Made by a program: the position numbers and the translations under genes. From NCBI GenBank assembly GCA_025594325.1, contig JANHCV010000001.1, positions 3,410,001 through 3,474,000 of the forward strand: a DNA stretch of 64,000 bases, written 5' to 3'. Positions 23,701 through 34,585 of the stretch are shown in pieces. Every line of letters starts with the position of its first letter. Position 1 is the first letter of the stretch. Origin of the DNA: Blastocladiella emersonii ATCC 22665. Its lineage: Eukaryota; Fungi; Blastocladiomycota. A model generated the notes under the pieces. That model searched no databases and had not been told where the DNA came from. It worked only from the letters and a program-made list of their open reading frames with translations.

Positions 23701-25037
23701 CCCAAGTGCGGCCCTGCGTGTCAGGCTTGGTTGCCCTGCGCCTGCCCTTTGTGCTGCGCTCACCGATCCGACTCTCGTTTTGTCCACGTAGCTGCTGCCA
23801 TATCATCGATAGAAGAGAGGTATATACATGAACCATTTCTCATTTTGGCGCTGTAGTGGCGACACGTCTTTCCCTGTCAACGGACCGCAGGCTGGAAGAA
23901 CGTCGTGCGAGCGATCAAGCCACCAGTACACGATGGCAAAGCTTGCATGAACTGCCAGTCAGCGCGCGCTTACTCTAGGTGTTACGACCAGACTTCACAC
24001 TGCGATAGTCAGGATGGCCGCCTCGCTCAGCGCATTGATGGCCGCGTTGATGGACGCGTTGCGCCACCACGTGACGTGACGTCTCGCGAGCCAAGAGCGC
24101 GCTTCTCGGGGGGGCCCATGGCCGAGTCGCACAAAACGTCGCTGATCCCAAGGTTTAAGAAGATCCTGCATATCGATGCACGGAGAGTCCGATGGATTGC
24201 CGTAGCGGGAGTTGCATGCGGCGCGAGCTTTGCACCTCAACTCCCTCTTGACCCTCGCTTCCCTCCGTCTCCTCAACAACCAAGGTATTCGAACAAAGCT
24301 AGTTGCGGGAGCGCTCGACGTCCAACCGCGCGAGCGTGTCCGACACTACAGTGAAGAAGAGCGATCTGATCGGACTAGTGATGCTAGACGGACAGCGAGC
24401 CACGCACCCTCACCCTCGCGCCCATGATACGCGAGCCAGCATCAGCACTCGTGCGTTGCGTCAAAGAATCAGAGAGCAGTCGTCAGCGAGCAGACGGCGC
24501 GAGGTACGACGCGCCGGAAGCGGAAGCTCAGCGGACCTGGTCGCGCACACGTACGCGAGCGCGTGTCCGATCTCACGCATCTAGCAGCACGGACGGACAG
24601 ACGAGCGGCAGAACGACAAGAGCGCGTGCGTGGCGCTTGAGCGAGCGAGCGTTCGGGTGGGCTGCGCGCTAAACGGGAACAACAAGGCTAACGCTCGAGC
24701 CTTAGCGCCGAGTGCGACCAATCAGCACGCGCCGCCGGCCGCGTGGGGCCCGGCCCGGTTTCGCCTCGCTTCGGATCGCCCGACCTCCTCCGTTGTTGCG
24801 CGGGCAGTCATCCCACGTCATTCGCCCAATCCCAGCCAATGTGTTCGTGCACGCACTGCGGCAGCCGTGGCGAGCGCATGAAGTGTGCTTGTGCGCGCAA
24901 GCGTCCCTGTCCGACCCGCCGCCGCCGCCGCCCGAGCCTACAAAAGGCGGGCGGACCCCCGCACACGCCCTCGCTCTCTTGCTGCTGCCCACGCAACGCA
25001 ACATACTCTCCACCTGCAACGCATCAACACACACACC

Positions 25038-26123
25038 ATGGTGGTCCCGCTCGCCCTCCCCGTCGTCGACCTCGCCGTCTACATGGCCGACCCGACGTCG
25101 GCCGCCGCCAAGGCCGAGGCCGCCAAGGCCGCCGACGCGCTCAAGTCGTACGGCGCGCTGCTCGTGCGCGACCCGCGCGTGCCCGAGGGCGCCAACGGCG
25201 AGTTCCTCGACATGATGGAGCAGTACTTTGAGCAGCCGCTCGACGCCAAGATGGCCGACGTGCGCCCCGAGCTCAACTACCAGATTGGCGCCACGCCCGA
25301 GTTTGTCGAGGAGCCGTGCTGCTTCCGCGACCCCAAGTGCCAGAAGATCCTCGAGGACCTGCCCGCCGAGGATAAGCCCGTGCAGTGGACCGGCGCCGAC
25401 CCCAAGTGGCGCTTCTTCCACCGCATTGGCCCCGTCCCGACCGAGTCCAAGTACCCGCAGCTCAACACGGCGCCCGTCGTGCCCGCCAAGTTTGCCGACA
25501 AGTGGCTCTCGGTCATGGACACGTACGGCCAGCAGCTGCACGACGCCGTCGAGATGGTCGCCGAGGTGGCCGCCGTCGGCCTCGGCTACGCCGACGCCAA
25601 GGACTTTGTCAACAAGGCCAAGTTCGGCCCGCACCTCCTGGCCCCGACGGGTTCGGATCTCTGCCGCTTCAACCAGCTCAACACCGTCTTCGCTGGTTTC
25701 CACTACGATCTCAACTTCCTGACCATCCACGGCAAGTCCCGGTACCCCGGGCTCCACGTCTGGGCCCGCAACAGCGGCATCAAGATGTCTGTGGCCGTCC
25801 CCGACGGCTGCCTGCTCGTCCAGGCGGGCAAGGAGCTCGAGTGGCTCACGGGCGGCGCCGTCCTCGCCGGGTACCACGAGGTGATTGTCAACGAGAAGAC
25901 GATCGAGGCCGCCGAGCGCGCCAAGGCCGCCGGCCGCTCGCTGTGGCGCGTGTCGTCGACGCTCTTCTACCACATTGCGTCCGACGTGGTCCTCAAGCCG
26001 ACCGGTCCGTTTGACGAGCCCGAGCGCAACGCCGCGTACCCGGCCGTCGACTGCGGCGAGTACGTGCGCAAGGAGCTCGAGCTGATCTCGCTCGCCGAGG
26101 GCTCCGGCAAGCCGTCCCAGTAG
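25038..26123 (+). CDS. 2-oxoglutarate/Fe(II) dioxygenase, right-arm copy
   Basis: Translation identical to 17607-18692. Confidence 0.9.
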   Translation: MVVPLALPVVDLAVYMADPTSAAAKAEAAKAADALKSYGALLVRDPRVPEGANGEFLDMMEQYFEQPLDAKMADVRPELNYQIGATPEFVEEPCCFRDPKCQKILEDLPAEDKPVQWTGADPKWRFFHRIGPVPTESKYPQLNTAPVVPAKFADKWLSVMDTYGQQLHDAVEMVAEVAAVGLGYADAKDFVNKAKFGPHLLAPTGSDLCRFNQLNTVFAGFHYDLNFLTIHGKSRYPGLHVWARNSGIKMSVAVPDGCLLVQAGKELEWLTGGAVLAGYHEVIVNEKTIEAAERAKAAGRSLWRVSSTLFYHIASDVVLKPTGPFDEPERNAAYPAVDCGEYVRKELELISLAEGSGKPSQ

Positions 26124-26463
26124 GCTGTTTTTGCGGGTTGCTGGTGCGGAGCGCGGTCGGTGCGCTCCTTTCGACCCTCGTTTGTTCTTTTGTCTCGTTG
26201 TCCTAGTCTCCATACATGTATATCCTACTCTCAATCTCTTTCGTGCCGAGCGTTACGTCGTATTTGTGTGGTTGGATCATCGAATCCGCGTCGCGTCCGC
26301 GTGTGGCGCGCCGCGTCCGAGGGTGGCGGAGGTCGGTGGTCGCCGGGTCGGCAGCCAGGTCGGTCGGCCGGTGGGCCCACGCTGCTGTTTCAGCCGATGG
26401 ACGCCGACTCTGCTCCCCCTCAACAATTCCATGCATCGTAAACGCTAGCAGCAACTTATCGCA

Positions 26464-26967
26464 ATGGGAAACTGCTTTGGTAAACCGACCAAGGGCGGCG
26501 GCGGCGGCGGCCAGCGACTCGGGAGCGGTTCGGGGTCCGCGGCGCCGCGGCCGATGGAGATGCAGCCCACTCGGCGGCCAGAGCCGCAGGCGGCCGTGAA
26601 CACAACCTCGCCCTCTAGCGCTGCTGCGGCGTCTGACGAAGAGGCTCGCCGGATACGCGCCGAGGCGGCCGAGCGGAGGCTCGCTGGGGTCCGCCCTCCT
26701 GCTTCGCTCGCAACGACCCTCGTTGCCGACTCACACTCGAGTCGTTCCCGTAGAACACCCAGCGCGGCATCCAGAACGGCGGCGGTGCCCTCGCGTCGCA
26801 GCTCGAGCGCACGCGGCAGCTGAGCGACCGCGAGCTGCGCGAGCAAGAGGTCGCCAAGGCCAACCGCGCCAACGGCAACGCTCTCAACGTACGATTGCCT
26901 CGCTGTTACCACTCGGGAGCGCCTAGCCTGACTATTACTCGCCTGCTCGTAGTGGACCGTCTCGTAG
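26464..26967 (+). CDS. SVIP: SVIP-like protein, right-arm copy; exons 26464-26688, 26754-26888, 26953-26967
   Basis: MGNCFGKP..EEARRIRAEAAERRLAG | NTQRGIQ..NALN | WTVS*. Matches the recalled animal SVIP pattern MGxC..AEAAERR..RGI..LRWTVS. Confidence 0.8.
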
Positions 26968-27228
26968 TCGCGGCGTCCGAATGCAAGAGGATAGATCAGG
27001 GTGTATAGAATCGTTACGAGGTCGCGGCGCATCTCACGCGGCGTGTTCTCCAAACAATCCTCTCGTCGTGAGGGTTCTAGCCGAATAGCAGCGCTCGTAC
27101 GCGCATAGAGGCCGTCGCCGTCGTCGCACACACGCGCGCGCATCGAGTGAGGAAGCATATCGACACATGAATGTATAGAATGAGAGAACCACGGCGCGCA
27201 CAGCACGCGCCGCCACCCCTCAAACATT

Positions 27229-28134
27229 TCACAGCTTGGGAAACTTGGGCGTCGTCTTGCCCAGAATCGCCGCCGCCGACGCCATGAGGTCGCGCGCCTG
27301 GATCTGGCTCGAGTTCCACATGGCCACCTGCTGCAGCCCGTCGTCCACCGTGTGGTCGCGCGCGTACACGAGCGTGCGCTTGATCCCGACCGTCGCCACG
27401 GGGCTCTTGCGCGCAATCGTCGCCGCCAGCTTGAGCGCGTGCCCGAGTACCGCCTCGCGCGGCGATACCCCGCCATCCTTGGACACGGGAACGACGTGGC
27501 TCACCAGCCCCGCCGCCAGCGCCTCGGCCGCCGTCACCGTGCGCCCCGTGTAGCACCACTCGCGCACCAGCGACTGGTTGCCGACAATCTTGGGCAGCCG
27601 CTGCAGCGTGCCGAGGTCCGCCGCCATGGACAGGTCCACCTCCTTGACGCTGAATGTCGTTGCGGGAGAGCACACGCGAATGTCGGCCGCCGTGATCAGG
27701 TCGATCCCACCGCCCACGCACGCGCCGTGCACCGCCGCAATCACGGGGACCCGGCACGTCTCCATGGCCGTGAAGGCGCGCTGCCACCGGTCAATCAGCG
27801 ACATGAGGTACAGGCCCGTGCGCGCCACGTCCGGTCCCTCTTCCGCCGGATCGTTACTGTTACTGGGAGAGGGCACCATGCCCGCCATGACCGCCTTGAG
27901 GTCGAGCCCCGCCGTGAACACCGTGTCGCTCGCCGACGCCAGCACCACGGCGCGGACCTCGGGGTCGTCCCCAAGCTGCGTGAAGCAGTCGTGGAACTCG
28001 CGGAAGAAGCCGTCGTCCATGGTGTTGAGCTTGCCCGCGCGGTCCAGCACCACCAGCGCTACGTGCTCCCGCGGCACCTTCACCGACAGGTAGCGGTAGT
28101 CCCGCGCAAAGGCCAGCTTCTCTGAGGGGTTCAT
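27229..28134 (-). CDS. ECH1: Dienoyl-CoA isomerase, right-arm copy (no upstream in-frame ATG)
   Basis: Identical to 15596-16501 from MNPSEK onward; the upstream 'start' at 28185 is TTG. Confidence 0.9.
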   Translation of the reverse strand: MNPSEKLAFARDYRYLSVKVPREHVALVVLDRAGKLNTMDDGFFREFHDCFTQLGDDPEVRAVVLASASDTVFTAGLDLKAVMAGMVPSPSNSNDPAEEGPDVARTGLYLMSLIDRWQRAFTAMETCRVPVIAAVHGACVGGGIDLITAADIRVCSPATTFSVKEVDLSMAADLGTLQRLPKIVGNQSLVREWCYTGRTVTAAEALAAGLVSHVVPVSKDGGVSPREAVLGHALKLAATIARKSPVATVGIKRTLVYARDHTVDDGLQQVAMWNSSQIQARDLMASAAAILGKTTPKFPKL

Positions 28135-28367
28135 TTGTTTGCCGTGGTGAGGGTCGTGAGAGAGCGAGGACCGCCAGGCGGACAAGCGACGCGTTTTCTA
28201 AGGTCGGCGTCGGCGTCCTTCACGTCGGCTGCTTCGGCTCCCGGCTTCCGGGTCGCTCCGAGTCGAAGTCCTGCAGGTCGACGTCATCGCAGCATGCTGA
28301 TCCCGAAGTAGCCCAGCTTAGGTTGCAATCAAAAAGTGTTGTATTGAGCGCGAGGACCGCGAGCCCG

Positions 28368-31300
28368 TCAACGGCCGCCCTGGAACTGCCGGAACGCTGC
28401 GTACTGGTCGCCGCCGCCTACACGTCCCGCCCACAATGATCAGCTCGCGTCGTCCAATCCTCGCGCATCGACCCGTACCCATGCCCATCCCGCGGAAGTC
28501 GCCAGCCGAGTAGCTGGACGTCATGCTCTGGCCGCCCTGCTGCTGCTGCTGTTGCTGCTGCTGCATCATCATCATCTGCTGCTGGGCGTGCGCCTGGGCC
28601 TGCTGCTGCATCATGGCCATCATCGCCGGGTTCATCATGGCCGGGTTCATGCCCGCGGCCTGCGCCTGCTGCATCCCCATCATGCCCGTCGCCGCGGCGG
28701 CCATGGGCATCATGGCCGAGCCCTGCGACACGGACCGCACCATGCCGGGTGTCATGCCGCTCATGGCCGACAGCGCCGGGCTGCCCGCCGACGACGCGGA
28801 GCTGTTGAGCGGGCGGCCGAACGGGTTGTCGGGCGCTACGAGAGGGAAAAGTCACGTCAGTTTCTTCACCCCACTACGACGGAAAGTGCGAAGCGAGAGC
28901 ACGTACTCGCATTCTGCCAGTTCGCCGACCGCCCCGTCGAGCTGGCTGTGACCGGCGCCATGCCCATGCCCATGGGCCGCTGCTGCTGCTGCTGCTGGGC
29001 GGCGCCGGGCGTGGTCCCGGCCATCATAGCGTTCGCGAGCATCATCATCTGCTGCTGCTGCTGCGCTTGCTGCTGCTGCTGGGCCTGCTGCTGCTGGGCC
29101 TGCTGCTGCTGGGCCATGAGCATCTGGTGCTGCTGGAGCTGCTGCTGGTGCTGGAGCGTCGACAGCGACACGTTGGTCGGGACGAACCCGGGCGCCTGCG
29201 CGGGGTTGGTCGGGATGAGCGGCGCGGGGAGCGCGCGCTGCGGCTGCTGGGGCACGGCCGCGGCACTCGCCGTCGCCGCGGCCGCGAGCATCGTCACGGC
29301 GGGCATCGGCGGCGGCGTGTTGATCTTGGGCATGGGCGGCGGCGTCGGGACCGCGCGCGCGGGCGTCGGCGCCGGTAGGGGGATCGCGGGCGTCAGCGAC
29401 ACGGACGGCTGCACTGGCGACATGGGCGAGGACCGGCGGCGCGCGTTGGCGCTGGCGGCGCCCGCCGCGAGCGTGGACGCCGTGGCCGACCCGCCGCTGC
29501 TGCGCCGCGTGCTGCCGGACCGCGTCGCCGGGTGCGGGCGGCCCGAGCCTGCGGGCGTCGGGACGAGCGGCGTGCCCGACGTCATGTTGGCGCGCGCGAG
29601 CTCCTCCTGCTGCAGGCGGCGCGCGAGCTCCTCGTCGGCGCGCAGCTGGTCGGCGGGCGCGGCCGAGACCGACGACGCGGTCGAGCGCATGGATCCGCTG
29701 AGCCCGGGGCCGGTGCCGCCCGAGATCTTGACGCGCTCGGAAAAGTACTGCTCGATGCGCTGGAGGTTCTGCGCCTCGAGCTCCTGCTCGCGCGATGCCG
29801 CCTGCTTGTACGACCCGGCGTGCTTGAGGATGCGCAGGATATCGCCCTCGCGGACGTCGAGGCCCTTGAGGATCTCGCGGTTGAGGTCGGGCAGCGTGCT
29901 CCCGTCGAGCTTCTCGCGGACGAACCGGGCCGCGACGACGCGGGCCTCGGCGGGCTCGACGCCGCACGCCGTGACGAATCGGAACCAGTCGAACCCATTG
30001 TACGTGGTGGCGCCCGCCGCCGACAGGTGCGCGGGGAGGGCGAGCCCCTTGAGCTTGTACGCGGCGATCTGGTCGTCGCGCGACAGCGCGGCCAGCGGCA
30101 CGTCAATCTTGTGCCCGTTGGTCTTGTGCAGCTGCACCTTGTCGCCGTTGAGGTCGACGAACGCCGCCTCGGTCTTGTGCACGCCCGACGCGTCGAGCCA
30201 CACGCGCACCTTGCTCGGGTCGGGCCGGTCCGCCGGCGCGCTCGCGGCGCTCGCGCCCGTGCCGTGCACCGTGACGGGGGTGCCCGGGCGCGGCGACGCG
30301 GGGCGGTCAGCACCCGTCCCGTTGACGGCGACGGCGCGCGAGGCGATGGTCGTCGGGCGCTCGGGCAAGGCGGGGCGGGCCGGGAGCGCGGGCGGCGGGC
30401 GAGCGGCGGCCGACGCGGCGCGCGCGCGCTGCTGCTCCTCCTCGCGCTTCCGGCGCTCCTCGTCCTGCTTGCGGCGCTCCTCCTCCTCGATCTTGCGCGC
30501 GGCCTCGCGGCGCGCCCGCGCTGCCTCCTCCTCGCGCCTCAGCTGGCGCTGGTACGAGTCGGCGGCGGCTTCCTCCTCGGCGCGGCGGCGCGCAGCCGCC
30601 TCTTCCTCGGCGCGGCGACGGGCGGCGGCGGCCGCTTCCTCCTCGGCACGCCGGCGCGAGGCTTCTGCCGCAGCAGCCCCCTCTTCGGCGCGGCGGCGCG
30701 CCTCGGCCTCGGCCTGCTGGATGGCGGCCATGGAGGGGGGCGGGGGTAGCGCGGGCCCGCTCGGCGCGGCAGCGGGCGCCGTGTGGGCGGCGGCGGGTGA
30801 GACGCCGACGGCGGCCTTGATGTCGAGGTAGTTGCGCGGGACCATGCCCTCCTTGCCCGAGCGGTCCTTTTTCGACGAGACGATGCGGACGAGGGCCCAG
30901 TCCGGGTCCGACTCGTCGTCGAGGACCTGGCAGTGCTCGCCCTCGCGGATGTCGAGGTCGTCGGGCTCCTGCGGGTCGTAGTCGTACAGCGCCGTGGCGA
31001 TCTTGAGCGGGGCCGCGAGCGCCGCGGGCGACGGCGCGATCGGTGGTGGCACCGCAGCCGGGGCGGGCGCGGGCGCGGGAGGGGCGGGGGTAGCGGGGGC
31101 GGGGGCAGGCGCGGCAGCAGCACCTGCGCCGTCGCGATCGACGTAGGTGGCGGGGACCAGGCCGTAGTAGTCGCCCTGGTCGGTCGGCATGCGCGCGACG
31201 AGCCAGTCGGCGTCGAGCTCCTGCAGAATGTCGAGCGGCGACGTCTCGTAGATGGTCAGCTCGTCGTCGGCCGCCGCCTCGTAGTCGTACGCCGCGACCG

Positions 31301-31583
31301 CCTGGTACAGCGTGGGCGCCTACACATCGCAAAGATCGTGGTCAACACACGCGCGCGTCGGGATGGCGCGGTACACGGCGAAGAGTACCTCGTCGACATA
31401 GTTCTCGGGCACGTTGCCCTCGAGGTCCTCGGCGTCGCCGCCGGCCTTGAGCACGCAGCGCAGCCACCCGGGCTCGTCCTCGCCCACGACGAACAGCAGC
31501 TGGCCCTCGGCCACGGCGAGCTCGTCGTCCTGCTGCGGCTCGTAGTCGTACACGGCCTGCACGATGCGGAGGACGGGCGCCAT
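28368..31583 (-). CDS. SLA1: Endocytic adaptor Sla1
   Basis: Three SH3 domains, SHD1 (VRVWLDASGVHKTEAAFV..LHKTNGHKIDVP), SHD2 (GFDWFRF..EGDILR), LIPT and NPF motifs, Gln/Met-rich tail; three introns inferred. Confidence 0.92.
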
Positions 31584-31963
31584 GATCCGTGCGGTGTGTG
31601 TGGTTCTGTCGGTGGGTCTTCTTGTCTGGGGGAGAAGCGCTCGCAGCGCGCGCTTAGAGTATCGTAGTGGGTATTCGTGTGTGTTATGCAATGCAGCAAG
31701 AGCGGGGAGGGAGCGAGAGAAGGTTCCTCGATGGAGGGCGGGCAGGAAGGAGGCGCGGCGCCGTTCTCGTCAACGTGGGCCGCCCGTGTGTGGCGCGTCG
31801 CCTTCCGTGGCCGCGCCGCTGCGGCCCGCGTGGTCAACAAAATTCGTGCTGCTTCGACGGTGGCCACGGCCCAAAATACCGCTTCCCCCTCCCACAATAG
31901 ACGCACGAGACACTTAAAGATGATGATAGATATGATAGGATGACAATGCGGAGCGAAAGGCGC

Positions 31964-34279
31964 TTAGCCCGAGTACTGGAAGTCCCAAGTGCTGAGCCAT
32001 TTGCGCCGCTTGAGCTCGGGGATCGAGAGCCCGACCGTGCCGTACGTGAGCGGCGCGAACCAGATGAAGGTGGCGGCCGCACCGACGATGATCGCGAGCG
32101 ACAGCGCCCACCCGATCGCGTACTGACCCGAGGCGGTGCGCATGCGCGGCAGGAACGTGATGGCGACAAAGTCGAACATGCCGGCCGCGACCATGAACGC
32201 GAGGATGGCCGCGGGCAGGTAGTGGTGCAGGAACAGGGACCGGCCCATGAGGTAGAAGGGCAGGTAGTGGAGCGCCCACGCCACGAACAGGAACCCGGTC
32301 GAGTAGTGCAGCTGACGCGACCCGGCCTTGTCGCCCATCTCGATGCTGCGGCGCGCCGCGAGCCGCTCGAGCAGCCACACGGAACCGAAGATGCCGAGGC
32401 ATGCGAGCGCGAACCACCACGCCGGCGCGTTGGGCAGCAGGTAGATCTGCTTGTCGCCGTTGTTCTGCCAGAATGAGATGCCGCGCGTCACCACGGGCCA
32501 GAAGTGCGGCGGCGACTGGTACGGGTGCGGCTTGGTCAGGCCCGCGTTGTGCGCGATCATGGCGTTCTGCAGCTCGGCAAACTTCTTGAGGAACCCGGGC
32601 CGCTTGATCCCGCTCGACCCGGCCTTCTGCGGGATCGCCTGCCCGGGCTTGGCCGGGTACTCGACGTCCTCGGCCAGCCACAGCGTGTTGCGCTCGTTCT
32701 TCTTCTTGCTGCCGTTCACCTCGTTCTGCTTGTACGCCCACTCCGGGAGCGGCTTCTTGTGCGACATCATGGCCACGCCCGTCTTGACGTGCACGAGGCG
32801 GAACTGCACCAGCGTCTCGAGCGTCTCGCCCGTCTCGCCCTCCTTGACCGCGGCCGCGTCGTCGATCTCGATCCGGAACAGCGTCTCGTCGAGCCGCTTG
32901 ATCTTGTCCTCGCCCGCCATGGTCGTGAACTCCTGGTTGGTCGGCATCGTCGGCGACGCCACGTCGTGCGTGAGCAGGTGCGTGCCCGTCAGGATGTGCT
33001 CGAGGACGACGACCGACCCGTGGCGCACGGGCTCGTGCGGCGTGGCCGGGTCGAGGACCGACTCCCACTGCGCCAGGTCCGCCGGCTTGACGCGCCAGAT
33101 GTTGTTGGCGTCCTTGTGCGGGTACCCCGTGATCTGCTGGCCGGCCGACGAGATGCGGCCGTCCTCATACTCGAGCGGGTACCGGTCGAGGTGCGAGTGC
33201 AGGTACGCGTTGGTGTCGACGTGGCGGAACGTCACGTTGGCCCCGTACACGAGCGCCGACGTGTTGGCGTTCATCTTGTTGCCCTCGAGCGTCGCCTGGA
33301 AGTTGATGGACATGAACTTGTCGCCGGGGCCCGTCTTGGTCAGCACCGCAAAGTGGATGTAGAACCACACGAGGTACAGCGCCGTCGGCACCGCGATCAG
33401 CGCGAACGCGCGCGCCGCAAAGTGCTTGGCGAACGTCACGATCGACGGCGTCTTCTTGATGTCGAGCAGGTACCACAGCTCGACGAGCACGCCGATGCCG
33501 ATCGTGGCCACGGTGAACAGGCCGACCATCTTGACGCCCATGACGAGGCCGAGGCTGACGCCCGTGGCGAGCAGCCACGACCACCACGCGCACGAGAAGG
33601 CGGCCATGCGGACCTTGGAGAACTTGACCCACGAGTAGAGCGCCATCATCATGAACAGCATGAGCATGCTGTCGAGCAGGATCAGGCGCGACTGCGCGAC
33701 GAGCGAGTTGTCGAGCACAATGAGCATGGCGGCGAGGAAGCACGCCTGCGGCGAGAAGCGCAGCTCGTGCATGATGCCGTACGCGAGCGGGACCACGGCG
33801 GCCCCGCAGAACGCCGGCCACACGCGCAGCATCGTGTGCGGCACCTTGTTGACAATGTAGTCGTCGCCGATGTTGGTGAAGTCAAAGCTGCCGTCGTACC
33901 CGATCAGGTACCCCCACCCGGCGATCAGCAGCCGGCCGAGCGGCGGGTGCACGTCAAAGTAGAAAGTGCGGCGAAGGTAGTAGGACGCGAACTTGCCAAA
34001 GTGCACCTCGTCGAACACGACCTGCGACGGGAAGTTGAGCGAGAAGAAGCGCGACGCAAACGACAGCACCGTCGCCGTCATCATGAGCGCGAAGCTGACC
34101 GTCGACGAGTCGGTCGCGTCGGACGGCGACGACGCCGCCTTGGCGTCCTTGTCGTCGCTGGCGTCGGCGGGGACGAGGTCCGACGACGACGCGTCCTTGC
34201 CGAGCAGCGGCTTGTCCTCCTCGGACGCGGCGCGGCTCTTGCGCTGGCGCAGCGGCTGGGATCCAGCAGCAGACTTCAT
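31964..34279 (-). CDS. PMT4: Dolichyl-phosphate-mannose-protein O-mannosyltransferase, PMT4 subfamily
   Basis: VVFDEVHFGKFASYYLRRTFYFDVHPPLG; MIR domains (YLHSH, LLTHDVASP); HPYQS; LFLHHYLPA. Confidence 0.93.
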   Translation of the reverse strand: MKSAAGSQPLRQRKSRAASEEDKPLLGKDASSSDLVPADASDDKDAKAASSPSDATDSSTVSFALMMTATVLSFASRFFSLNFPSQVVFDEVHFGKFASYYLRRTFYFDVHPPLGRLLIAGWGYLIGYDGSFDFTNIGDDYIVNKVPHTMLRVWPAFCGAAVVPLAYGIMHELRFSPQACFLAAMLIVLDNSLVAQSRLILLDSMLMLFMMMALYSWVKFSKVRMAAFSCAWWSWLLATGVSLGLVMGVKMVGLFTVATIGIGVLVELWYLLDIKKTPSIVTFAKHFAARAFALIAVPTALYLVWFYIHFAVLTKTGPGDKFMSINFQATLEGNKMNANTSALVYGANVTFRHVDTNAYLHSHLDRYPLEYEDGRISSAGQQITGYPHKDANNIWRVKPADLAQWESVLDPATPHEPVRHGSVVVLEHILTGTHLLTHDVASPTMPTNQEFTTMAGEDKIKRLDETLFRIEIDDAAAVKEGETGETLETLVQFRLVHVKTGVAMMSHKKPLPEWAYKQNEVNGSKKKNERNTLWLAEDVEYPAKPGQAIPQKAGSSGIKRPGFLKKFAELQNAMIAHNAGLTKPHPYQSPPHFWPVVTRGISFWQNNGDKQIYLLPNAPAWWFALACLGIFGSVWLLERLAARRSIEMGDKAGSRQLHYSTGFLFVAWALHYLPFYLMGRSLFLHHYLPAAILAFMVAAGMFDFVAITFLPRMRTASGQYAIGWALSLAIIVGAAATFIWFAPLTYGTVGLSIPELKRRKWLSTWDFQYSG

Positions 34280-34585
34280 GGTGGTGTGGTTGCTCGTCTA
34301 GACGGCGTGCGTGCGTGAGACTCGCGGGTGTCGTGGAGCGTCGTCGATCGCATGAGTACATACAGCTCGCAGGAGCCCCGATACGTGGCGTAGCACTACA
34401 CGGGTCGTGGGAGAGGCGAAGCTTGAGAGCGGCGGGGGAGAGAGGGCGGGCGGAGCGCGGGCGGCGAGCGGCGACGCCCACACGCGCAAGCGGTGGCGGC
34501 GTGGCGCCGCAGCGTTCATGCTCATCGCCGCGGGCGCACGTGGGCTATCCATTCCATCTGGGATGTGTTCAGCATGAGTGTGATA

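Larger units (their letters stand above)
21978..28156 (-). repeat. Right arm (6,179 bp) of the giant inverted duplication
   Basis: Reverse complement of 15574-21752. Confidence 0.97.

Noticed and set aside
15574-28156. Mating-type flip-flop locus
   Set aside because: The invertible part is only 225 bp, and no HMG, homeodomain or pheromone genes are seen.
28318-29130. CAG/CTG triplet runs
   Set aside because: They encode the ordinary Gln-rich Sla1 tail.
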